The notes beneath the pieces are model-generated. The model was not told the origin of the DNA. It was given only the letters and a program-made list of their open reading frames with translations, and did not search any database. DNA of 64,000 nt from Trichoplax sp. H2 (taxonomy: Eukaryota). Shown piece by piece: positions 49,101 to 64,000 of the stretch. The stretch is from positions 1 through 64,000 of the forward strand of contig NOWV01000233.1 in assembly GCA_003344405.1 (NCBI GenBank), read 5' to 3'. Each line of letters opens with the position of its first letter. Position 1 is the first letter of the stretch. The position numbers and the translations under genes are program-made.

Positions 49101-50935
49101 TCATCTCGAAATACTATATTTGGGGAATAGAATACGACAACACAATTTCCATCTTTCGTAGTAATGCAAAAAATAATCTAAAGGCATTTATTATTCAATA
49201 CTTAGAACCTTGTCGTAATAAATGGATCGAAGATGATAAGACTACTTATAAGTTAAATTAGTGTATGGCATATTTTATGATCGTCTTATGCCAGTCATGC
49301 ATAGCTTTCATAATTGTGAAACATCAATCAATCCATGACCTACGAGTGCAGTATCAATAATTACCTAATTGTCTGATAGTAATTCTAGAATATACTGCAT
49401 AAACTTCTCTAATTAATGTTGATGAAAATAGAAACGATTATATTCAATAAATCTTAAATCATGGTAAGACTACATAGTCTTGGTTCATATTAATCTATCC
49501 ACAATCACCTACATAAAACCATGGGCTATATCAGACCGTGTGGCAATTCATTCTTTATTAGCCCGACAAAGATATCGTAATTAATAATGTTAAATTATTT
49601 AACGCGCTAGATGAAGAAGTATGCTCCTAAGCTAGGAAGGTAGTGAAATGGTAAAATAGGCTACTAGCTGCAAGCTGATGAACCTGTAATGAGTTAGAAC
49701 ACTTTTACCGTGGCTAATTATATAACAGGATTAAGATTTTACTTGCGAATTCCTATTGAATGATGAATATAATACTTATGTACTCATCTAGAAATGATAA
49801 TAGCAATCCTAAAATTTTGACTATTATTGCCAAAACTGAAGGTTTTCTTTGCTATTCCCTGGAGTAATGAAGTAGATACGTATGATCCAAATTATAGTAT
49901 TTAACCGCGGTACTAATTATAAACAGAATAACAATACACATACGTACTATAAACTATAGAGACCATTTCTTAATTCAAAAGTCTTAAAAAGCAATTACAG
50001 AAATGAATCTTTCGTTTAATAATGTTACTTACATTAATATAAACGTAACAACACATTGTATAGAGTATCGTAAGTAGCGATCATTAGTGTCAACAAGTTT
50101 TAGTGCATTGGAAAAAATTAAACTACCACTTCCGTAATACTTTTCATATTGTACGAAGATATTTAGTCATAAGTTTGCTTTGAAGTTTAATTCCTGTTCA
50201 TTTGAACGAGTGGTCTGCTAGTAATTATAAAAACTGTATATAGCCGCTTAGTGATTTTGTAAAATGACAGATTTTTTAATATTTGCGGTAACAAATATAT
50301 GCAAAGCGCATCACTACAATAAATTGCTCATATCTACATACTTATTGAGGCAGTAAAATTCATTAAATGATAATTTTTCAACAAATCGACCACATGAAGC
50401 ACACATGTATTTGCGTATGGTCGATATATTGGTAGACCAAGAGTTACTCTTAAATAGTACAGCAACAGTAGTTAGATCAAACAATATTTTCTTTGAATAT
50501 TTCTTAGATAAAAATCTCTTCAATCGGTAAATTGTAGTATTACGAGCAAGAAATAGCATTGAATTATAAGAGTATAATTCTACTTTCTTATACCTGGCTA
50601 AAAGTACTAGCAGCTTTTACAACAGTAAAGCTATATATATAGTTATTTGTTTATCCCTCTACGGTAGAAAATAAGTTAGACTTTACTTTTTACTCTATTA
50701 TTGTCATTCAATATCGAGTAGTTTAGAGAAATGGATAAGCTAAATAAAGTCTATAACACGATACTGATGAATCTGGAGGTTATAGACTTGGGTATATCAT
50801 CTTATCTATAAACGCGGGTGATAAGCAGTGCATAAATATGCATTAATTCAAATCCATATTGCCCTACCTTTGCAAAGCAGTTGCAAATGTTAAGAAAGCC
50901 ACAAGAACAGCAAGTGGAGTTCGTATCTTGTACAT
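46131..50935 (-). CDS. Pepsin/cathepsin D-family (A1) secreted homologue lacking both catalytic aspartates (pseudoprotease), 9 exons
   Basis: Signal peptide [22 protein letters not shown] (50935-50868), propeptide exon (49051-48919), [99 protein letters not shown] at 46131-46133. Frame intact throughout. Confidence 0.93.
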
Positions 50936-52795
50936 TTTTTACCAGGCCACACGAAAGAAGCTTAGAAATTAAAAATTTCACACTCTATTAAGAACCCACA
51001 ACAGTACCTCCTAATAGTAATAGTACGTAGTATTTATATACTTCTCCGGTTATCAAAGATGACATAAGCATGATCTAAATATAGTATAATGAAAGACATG
51101 CGAACTCGTACGATCATAACTGGTTCTTAAATTATATACTCGATGTCATCAGATCCATTATTAATATTGAGGATTGGAATATTAATTCTGTTATATATTC
51201 TTCAAATATTAATTAATCATTTTCAAATTGAATCAGCTAATTGTAAAATATCAGATAAATTAAGAAATTTCTTGATAAATGTGATTAATTGCGGCTTAAT
51301 ATTTCTAGGGAATATAGATAGATGGAATAGATAATATGTTACTGTCGTTTAATTATGATTATCAATAGGAAGATCAGAATAGAATTAGTTATAGAAATAC
51401 ATAAATACTATGTTTATTAATTTAAGCTATCTTTTGTTTTATGACCAGTTTTTTTACACCAGTAAGCACTCATTCTTCCTCGCATTATGGTTTGCACACT
51501 TCAATCATAGATAATAAATTCAAACATTAATTCATTTCTACCATTATCGAAGACCATACTATACATTATTTTGAGGACAACGCATTATCATTCTTATGCA
51601 TTTATACGAATGGCTAAACTCTTATCATTCCTTCAACAACTGGGAAATTAACAAACTCAAATTTGAGTTCTACATTAATCATTGCTCACGTAATATTGAT
51701 TGCTACAATAAAATAGCAAGAGCAATTTTATAAACTAATCTAGACTCAATGATATATTTTATCGCTTCTTAAATTAATTTTAAATAATCTATTGTAGACT
51801 TTAATTCATATTTACTTATTACTAAATATAATTTTATTGTTAAGAATTTATATCGTAATCAAATTTTGTATTACTATGTAAAATTTATCAACTCTTCAAT
51901 GCCACTGGTAAAATTTCTATGATAAGTAGAACTTTCTGTTCTAGCCCTTTAATTAGCAGAAGTCTTTCGTGGTGATATTGATCTGATTAATGGTTTATTC
52001 CTTTGTCTTTGTCTTACTCTAAACTTTTCTGTAATTTTAAAATTTTAAGCGTAATATGGCAATTTAAGCAGTAAGATATTAAGCTGATTGCGTTAGCTGC
52101 AGAAAATTATCTTGGCTATAAAAAAGAAATGCTTTCTTGTTAAGATTTGAGCCATGCATAATTTTTGTACTTTACGCGGCTATATAAACTGATCGAATAC
52201 CCTAAGATCTTGCAAAGACATTTCTCTACAACTTATGGTGTGGTTATCGCTTTTGAAACGCATTTTCTAAAGTCTAGAATATTTATATCATCAAAGTAAG
52301 CAATGACAATAATAGGATACTGTGATGATCGTTCCCTTTGAATCTTTATGATTTTGTTAGCAATTATCAAATATTATACGAGAATTGATAGTATATCCAA
52401 GTCATTAGTCCAAGTAAATTGTTCTTCAAGATTGCTAAGACTTTCTTTTCATAATATTTGTGCAATAATTATAATCGAAGATTTAACAAATAAACAATTA
52501 CGGTAGAGAGATCTGCATGGTATTCTTATTTCACTAATAAAATATCTTTGTAATTTTACTTCAATTGTCTGGTGATTTTGCTATTAGGGAAAAATTAGTA
52601 ATGAAAATGCGCTATTGATGTGCTAGGCCTTACTTTCATTATTACCAGTTATTTGCATTTGAAACGAGTTTATATAGAGTGAGTTATATCGTATTTATTT
52701 ACTAAAGGTATTTTTACTTTTTACAATAGAGGCATTACCTTACAGTATCAATTTTAAGCGTTAGTATTCCCAATTTTCTTGGAAGTAGACTAAAA
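50936..52795. promoter_or_regulatory. Divergent intergenic promoter region between the two A1 protease genes
   Basis: Start codons face away from each other 1.86 kb apart. TATA-like TATATAAATA on minus at 51031-51040 and TATATAGA on plus at 52671-52678, each ~100-125 nt upstream of its ATG. AT richness makes TATA calls weak. Confidence 0.5.
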
Positions 52796-56774
<3,979 letters not shown>

Positions 56775-57369
56775 ACTTCGTAATGATCCCTAACATTAGC
56801 TAATATCGTATTATATTGTGTCGTCTAATTAGCTAGTAGTCATAGTCGTACGCTAAAAAATAAAGTGCGACTGTAAGATCAGTTAAGGCAACAGATTTTA
56901 CCTTTCTACACTTTCTAATTGCAATTTATCAAACTCTATCAATATCATTCTATGAAGTATACTAAATATTAGAGAATTTGATTTCTTTATAATGTAGTCA
57001 ATGATTAGAAGTCTATTTAGGAGTAATATACATTCTAATGTTTTCATAACTTTTATTGCAGTGTAGTAATTTGGTAATATGCTATCGTTAAACCTTCTAG
57101 CTATTACATTTAAAATAGTAATTATTATTTTGTTATCGCCTTTGTATTGACGCTAATGTTAAACGGCTAATGAAGAACTTTCTAATTTGCTATGTATAAG
57201 CTACGTTACTATTAAACATGATTGAATAATTTAATACAATAAAGCATAACAGAGCACAACAACTGTATTATCTCGTACAATTAACAGTACTGTACTTTTG
57301 TACAGCATACAGTACACGGATAACGGTAAAAAGTTACAGAACCTCTGACAGGTCTATCAAATGGTAATA

Positions 57370-58890
57370 CTATCTGTTAAATGAGCACATTATCGTAAAC
57401 CGTCAGCAAAGCGACGGGAGTTTGCACTAGTATCTCTTAAATTGATACTTAGTACTCTCCATCTTCTATGTTATGTAGATTAATCAATCGGCTAGCCTCC
57501 CTACAAGGTTGTTGTTTTACTATTAGAACTTTGAGATTGTTATGCTGCTACCGTAAACTATCAAAAGCTGCCATTCCAACTAAATTATTCAATGTAGGTA
57601 TGAAATCATCAACTTGACTAAACACGAATACATGCACTAAAGTTAAATCCTCTAGTTGGTGACACATTCTACTAAAAAAATAAGACAAAAACAATAATTT
57701 GTTTTGTATATCTGCCAATAATCATGTTAACTTAATCCCTTTGTTTACGGAAATATCATGAAATACTACGTTTCGGTGCCAATAAATGCTCTATGTAGCA
57801 AGTAAAGTTAATTTAGAGGAGTACAGCGATAAATATGAAGCTCACTGAGCACAATAGGCAAATGTAGGGACTATCAGAGTCACGTTAAGTTACATTACTA
57901 AGTATATCCTTAAACACATGAGCTGGTTTTAAGCACTTTTATATGAGTCCAGATGGTGTGATATCAATTGCTGAGAAATTTACAGTTTGTGAAGTAGTGA
58001 AGGCAAGAAATTAATCCGAATTAATGTTCAAGATAATAATATTTACTTGTACTGTAACTATTCATACTATAGATATAGCATCAATAAATTGAAATTTATT
58101 CGGCGACTTTTATGGATCAATAAATAGCCCTAACATTTAAGAAATTAAAAGTATAGCTCGTTTAATGCAACCGTTTTGTAAAGATGGCATAAAATAATAT
58201 CATTACGTTGTTGTTGCAATTCGCTGTAACTTGGGGCTAAAGTTACTTAATGCGGTGATAGCCACAAAGTTTGGTGTTATCGATTTTTAATGTAGTTATT
58301 GCATTGAAGTATTTCGATAGCGGAATTAATTCCATCCGTAACCTGTATAAGAAAAAACAACTGCAATTTCCAAATTGACCTTCAAAGCACCAATTGAAGG
58401 GATATTATAAATGTGCCGAAGCATTCTCAAAAGTAACGAAAAATGAACAATAATTTCTTGTAATCTTTACTTTATTACATACATTCGGTTCGCCTTACAA
58501 ACACCTGATACTATCTAGTTGCAATCAGACTATTGCGGTTATTACAATAAATTTTACTGAATTACTTACAAAATGATTTTTCTGAAAACAATCATTTCTT
58601 TCGATAGCGTTTTTGATAACTTCCTAAGCAATCTTGAGCGAAGCCAGAAGATCGAAGCATATTCTTTCGAGTCAGATTGTCCCAAAAATAGCAGGATCTT
58701 TACTCGTAATAATTACCTGTAAGGTCAATTGGACTTTTCATCTCTGTATTATTATGTATGATTTACATATTCGCCAGTTATACCTATTTAGATTGTTTCT
58801 AAAACGATATACTCAGTAACTAAATGTGTACGAACACGACGGTACTCTACCTGAATGGCATCATCAAGTTTTTATGTTTGCCTAAAGCAA
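57370..58890 (-). pseudogene. Probable decayed leucine-rich-repeat (F-box/LRR-like) gene
   Basis: Exon-like blocks with ag/gt ends giving KDPAIFGTI*L, ITTLKIDNTKL / ITALSNFSPKLQRI, QTVNFSAIDITPSGLI*, MCHQLEDLTLVHV, WRVLSINLRDT..GLR*CAHL. LxxLxL-like spacing with several stops and frameshifts. Confidence 0.4.
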
Positions 58891-60373
58891 TTGTTCTAGA
58901 ACTTTAAATGTACCAATAATTACTATAATTTGATAGAAACTATTATTACTGCAATTTAAGTTTTAAAAGCATCATTAAATTGGTATTAACAAACACTGTA
59001 CGATATGATAAATGAATCTTATTGGAGAGAATAGTATGCGAAGCTTTAAACTGTTACAGTATTGGTTTATCACTCCAATAATGTAAGATTAGACTAGCTT
59101 TTAACTGTTTCACTTAATCACTTTGCTTACGTTGGTATTACAAATATCGTAGAAGAACATTGCAATATGTTTAATGTTGGATGTAACTGTAGTTCAGGAA
59201 TATTGCATCGGTCAAAAACTCAAATCTATTGTATATCCTGTTTTCTTTTCGATTTTTGATACAGATTCGATCAGTAAAAAGATACAGATTTAGTTGCCAT
59301 TTCTATTATACGTTAAAATTAGCCTCTTTATGAAAAAATGTATGCTTTATTGCTGTAGGTAAATTATGTAAATTTAGAATGATTATTTTACAGTACGTCC
59401 ATACATAAGCTGTTGTAAAGGACAATGGCTAAGTAAATGGTAGAAATAACTGTTATAACTGCAAAAATAATAATTTAGGCTTGAAGTTATCAAGGTAAAA
59501 CGATATTTAAAATTTAAAGTTCTTTATGGCACAAAGAAACCATTAGCAGGTATTGCTAGGAGTAGATTTTACGCTGAGCTACGACAAATTAGATCAGCAT
59601 AAAGATGTTAATTAACGCAATTTTCACAAAATGACGGCATTATATGCAATACTTTTGATTTCTTAAATATTACAGCAACTTGTTAATCTTTACAAATCAC
59701 CGAATAGATTTCGATTTACTTAGGCTATGTCCGTAATATGGAAAGTCACGGTACTGGTCAATGTTTTTAACCTAACTTAGTTTAGATTAATTTCTTGTCT
59801 TCACAATTTCACAGACTGTAAATCTCTTAGCAATTCATTTAACAGTCCGTACTTGTATACGTGAGATTTACATGTGCAGAAATTACAATATTTTAAGATT
59901 TTTCATTACTCTTCAATACCTTTATATGAGATTAAGGCTACAAAGTAGAATAAAGTTTAGGTTATGGATGTGCTATTTATCTTAAATCATCCCTTCGATA
60001 TTAGCTTCTACAACAAGTTAAAAGGCATGAAATCGCTTATGTCCGCTATATTCCTAAATCTTCAGTAAATTGGTTAGAAACTTTATCATTAACCTATTTG
60101 CTACCGCTTATAAGGTTCATGAAACTTGAAAATTTAACTTAATCTATTTTCTATGCTGACGTTACTTTAATGTTTTATTTTCACTGAATAACTAAGATGA
60201 CACAATTAGCCCATGCTGCTACACATTATCGCTAAGTCAAAAAATCCATATTTTATATTCCTCAATTTGATTATTTTGGGATGTAATATAGTTGCTGCTT
60301 ATTAATTTGGAATTGATTAATTTAAAATTAGTTTCAAGGTCAAAAATTTTGCTGAATGTGCGAGCAGGTAATA

Positions 60374-63300
60374 CTATTTCAAACACTTGAATTCTTCGAA
60401 CTTACGCTTCATTCTTTTTCCTAAAGTATCTAATGAACGTGCAGATGAATTTTCTAATGCGTCGCAAACTACTAAAAAATCGTAATCGTCACGAGATAAA
60501 AGGATTTCCATTAAAGCTACAGATCGATCAGCTGTATTTTGCTTCCCATTTATATTCTCAATTTCTGCCGGTGTTAAGACACGCTCGCGTCGTAAAATTT
60601 GCTTGATTTCGTCATATGGATTTTTTCTCTCAAATTCTTCACGACAACATTCTAGTGCTTTCCGGGTTGCGCTGCTTAATGAGGGCGGACTTTTTGGATC
60701 TTTATCGAGAAGTATTACAGAAGACCGGTAAGATTAATGTTATACGTGCCCTATGAGAATTTAGCTAGTAACTTTAGCTTGCAGCTCAACTACAAAAATG
60801 TAACTATTGCAAATCATAATTTTTTAAGACTTGGAGAAAGAAGGTGACAGTACCAGCTAGTTCGCTCAAAAAAGCGTGAATAAACGTCATTATACACTGA
60901 TAAAATAATTCCTTATAACAACTACCATAACGATCTAAAACAAAAACACAAAGCTCTTATCTTGATTTAGTCTATAACTATCGCAGTCACTAATCTAAAA
61001 CTATCACATATAGAATTATGAAAATAAAGGCAATGTACTATCTAAACTGAAAAATTAATATCGTAAAGTTCTGAATGAATCTCAATAAGATGCATACTTA
61101 ATTTCCGTTGTAATTCATCATATTAGACATGGAATAATAACAGAAATTAAACTCATTTTTCTAGCACTAAAACGCATCCTAACTTTTACGGACTGCGATC
61201 AAAACGTTTACGGTAACTTCACTAACCATTCAAGGAATTTGATTGTCCACGAGCCACCTTGGAATCCTCTGATAAAAGAGGAGACTGATTTCGCTTCCTT
61301 TTAGTACTACAGAATGATGATGCTGATTCTAAATTTTCGCCACTATTTTTTTCCAAAGAGCTATCAGGGATAGATTCGTAGTCAGACTGATTTTCGTCTT
61401 CTCCTGTAATACAAGTACATTTAGACATTATTATATTAATATTATACCCTTAATTATTAAATAAAATTAAAGACGAAAGAATAGTTGAAACGGACATAAG
61501 TCTTTAAAAGCAAATAATAAATAGTTTTTGTTATGGAGTTAGACTCATACGAATATACGAGACTATCTGACTTTCACTTTCATATATTTGGCTATCTAGC
61601 AATTGGGCGTCGATTATATTTCATTTTGCATCACAGTAATCTACCTGTAATACTTCTGTAAATTATTAAAAGCTAATTCTTATCACGTAGAGTATCGACA
61701 ATAATCTCACCTTCACATGATATCGATTTGTCATCAAAATCATTCGCTTCGTTTGGTAGGGCTACTTCTATAATGTTTTCAGTAAATATTTAATTCATAA
61801 ATGAAATAGTCAGTTATCATTTTAATGGCATACGGAGTATTAGGTAATCGTGCTTTTATAAAGAAAAAAGTTGAGAGATTGAAAAATGTACTAGAAAATA
61901 GCTAGAAATTTTTTTCAATTTTGTCAAAACTAAAGTAACTCTTTGACATTCGCATATATGTAAATTTGCAATAACTGGTGAGAGTTGTTGCGTATAAGTA
62001 AAATGAAAATAATTGTAACTGATGAGAGTTATGATATACGAGTAAATTTGTAAAACTCATAACTGATGACAGTTATCATGTATGAGTAAATCTGCAACAA
62101 TCATATCAGATGAGATTTATGATACTATCTCATAATACTCTATATCTGATTGCATGATATCAAGAAATAAGCAATATTAATTTCATTATTTCCAACAATT
62201 AATTACTGCTGAAAGACTGTGGGTATGTAACTCGAATTCTAAGCTCAAAATAGTACCTGGTATGCATTCGTATAATTTCCAGTCTTTTATCACGTTCGCC
62301 GAGAAAAACAAACCGCATGTCGAACATTTAATCATACCATTTTTTATTAGCTTCGGAATGAGAATTAGTCTTTCGCATTCTTGACATTCAATATAAAAAT
62401 GACACTGAATGTCCTCCCGAGATAAAGTTTGACTTTTGACTACTTTAAGTAATTCATTTTTGAAATTAATATGGGGCTGATCATTCGCTATTGAATCTGT
62501 TGCTCTTTTTTTAATTAGTTCGTTTACTTCGTCATTATTATTGACAACCTGATAAGAGTATTGCAAACAAATATGCGTACAACTTTTTTTTATTCTTACG
62601 ATGTAATTATTATGACTTGGGAAGTATTCGGCACATTGCCTATATAATTTGACTTTCCAGCCTTCTTGACTTGATGATAGAAAGTTATAAAAGATCTTAC
62701 CGGTGATATAAGAAAATTTTTCCGGGTTAAAGCCTAAATAGAGACAGCTAGAATGATAGAATGTACTTAAATTACGGTTTAATTTCGTTTCGCATGGCGT
62801 CAATGAATATGGAAAGAAGTAATCCATTTGTGTATTAAGATTGTCTTGCATCGTCTCCGACTTTCCTAGAAATCGATAGATGAGGCCATAATATTCCATA
62901 ATTTGCACGATTTTTTCTACATCAGTGTCATCTAAGCAATATCCATTTAATATTGCTTTGATTCCATTCTTTGGTACTACGCCTGTCTTTTTAGCGTGTT
63001 CGTAGTATTTTCTTTTTCTACCAGACATCGGAAGCTTGCTACGTTCATCTCCAATTTTATAAACCTCATTTATGATCGTAATGAGCCACAAAATGTTAAT
63101 AACTAAGATGTCAACTTTTTCACCTGCTTGATAAAGCAGAACATCACCAATGTCCTGTAAATATTCGAATATATTTAAAACCGATATTTCTCCGTCTTCA
63201 GTATCGATAGAATCTTGTATTTCTTTCAACGCTATCATTTGTTTACCTCTCCTTTTTATCGCATTTAATGTCTCATCTCTATCATCTATTGAATTTGGCA

Positions 63301-64000
63301 TATGAAGCTTTGTAGCTATGCCAGAGTCGATCCATTCAATAAATGTACTTCCTTTCAATTTTACGGTAGGTACAGCCTTGGCAATGTTACAAATTAGTTT
63401 TTGGAAGTCTCTACAACTCTGACTTTCTCGTATTTTATAACTTTTACCATCTTTATCTAGTTCATAATCAATTATAATCTTAGGAGTGCAAAAATTTTCT
63501 GAACATGAAGGTACTTTGGCAATTAGCGCTGCCATTAAAGAATCAAATCGTGAAAATGACTCTTCTTCGCTCAAGTTAGAGTCATAATTGATAGGAATTA
63601 ATATAACTAACGGCGAGCAGAATTCTTCAGGAACTCCATTGATATCGACGATAAAGCGCTCCCTTTGACCGGTTAGATTAATAGTATTAATTATCCACTC
63701 GCACAATACGGCGACATCTTCATGGTGGCTATCATCTTGCTTATATAGTGAATTTTCAAATGCTTTAGCATTAACATCAAATGTAGATATATAAATATGA
63801 GACTGAAAATTGTAAAGCTGATAATGTCCTGGATTGTTACAATTCCAAATTTTTGCGTAAAATTTATCGCTGCAAGCATTATTTAGCCCATTAGAATACG
63901 AATTTCTGTCCTTTATAGATTGCTGAAGGAAAGTATGACAATTAGGACTAGATAACATACGATGCTGATACTGTTCGTTATCTACATTTTCTATATTCTT
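60374..64000 (-). CDS. ROCO-like protein, 5'-partial: degenerate ROC, COR, CxxC-CxxC, low-complexity linker, C-terminal CARD
   Basis: Frame open from window end to donor at 62257, then exons 61767-61711, 61403-61227, 60699-60374 (all phase 1). COR-like IFEYLQDIGDVLLY..ILVINILWLITIINEV and IMEYYGLI..YFFPYSL; CQEC..CSTC; last exon RKALECCREEF..IKQILRRERVLTPAEIENI..TADRSVALMEILLSR..FLVVCDAL fits the CARD pattern. Confidence 0.8.
61955..62150. repeat. ~44 bp intronic minisatellite, ~4 copies
   Basis: gtaaat..taactgatgagagtta variants at ~61972, 62017, 62060, 62104. Confidence 0.8.

Noticed and set aside
62019..62075. ctgatga motifs as hammerhead ribozyme cores
   Set aside because: No properly spaced GAAA or supporting stems; part of an AT-rich minisatellite.

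Overview
AT-rich, intron-dense eukaryotic DNA with short GT-AG introns and metazoan gene content. The compactness and gene set suggest an early-branching animal such as a placozoan (inference, not established from the sequence). The six-frame ORF track is mostly exon fragments, so I spliced the genes by hand. In order: a 12-exon CDK8/CDK19 Mediator kinase gene whose third intron holds a ~2 kb degenerate tandem-repeat array; two tandem minus-strand TRPA1-like ankyrin channel genes, one intact and one with a nonsense codon just before the membrane domain, an altered pore and a broken last exon; an intronless peroxisomal (C-terminal SKL) enoyl-CoA isomerase head-to-head with a DsbA/FrnE-type CPWC oxidoreductase; a head-to-head pair of 9-exon pepsin-family (A1) genes, one with both DTG motifs and one full-length with both catalytic Asp replaced (STG, ETG); a probable decayed LRR gene; and the 3' part of a ROCO-like gene with a degenerate ROC GTPase, COR, a CxxC pair and a C-terminal CARD. 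The strongest candidates for something undescribed are the protease/pseudoprotease divergent pair, the pseudo-GTPase ROC-COR-CARD protein and the truncated TRPA paralogue.
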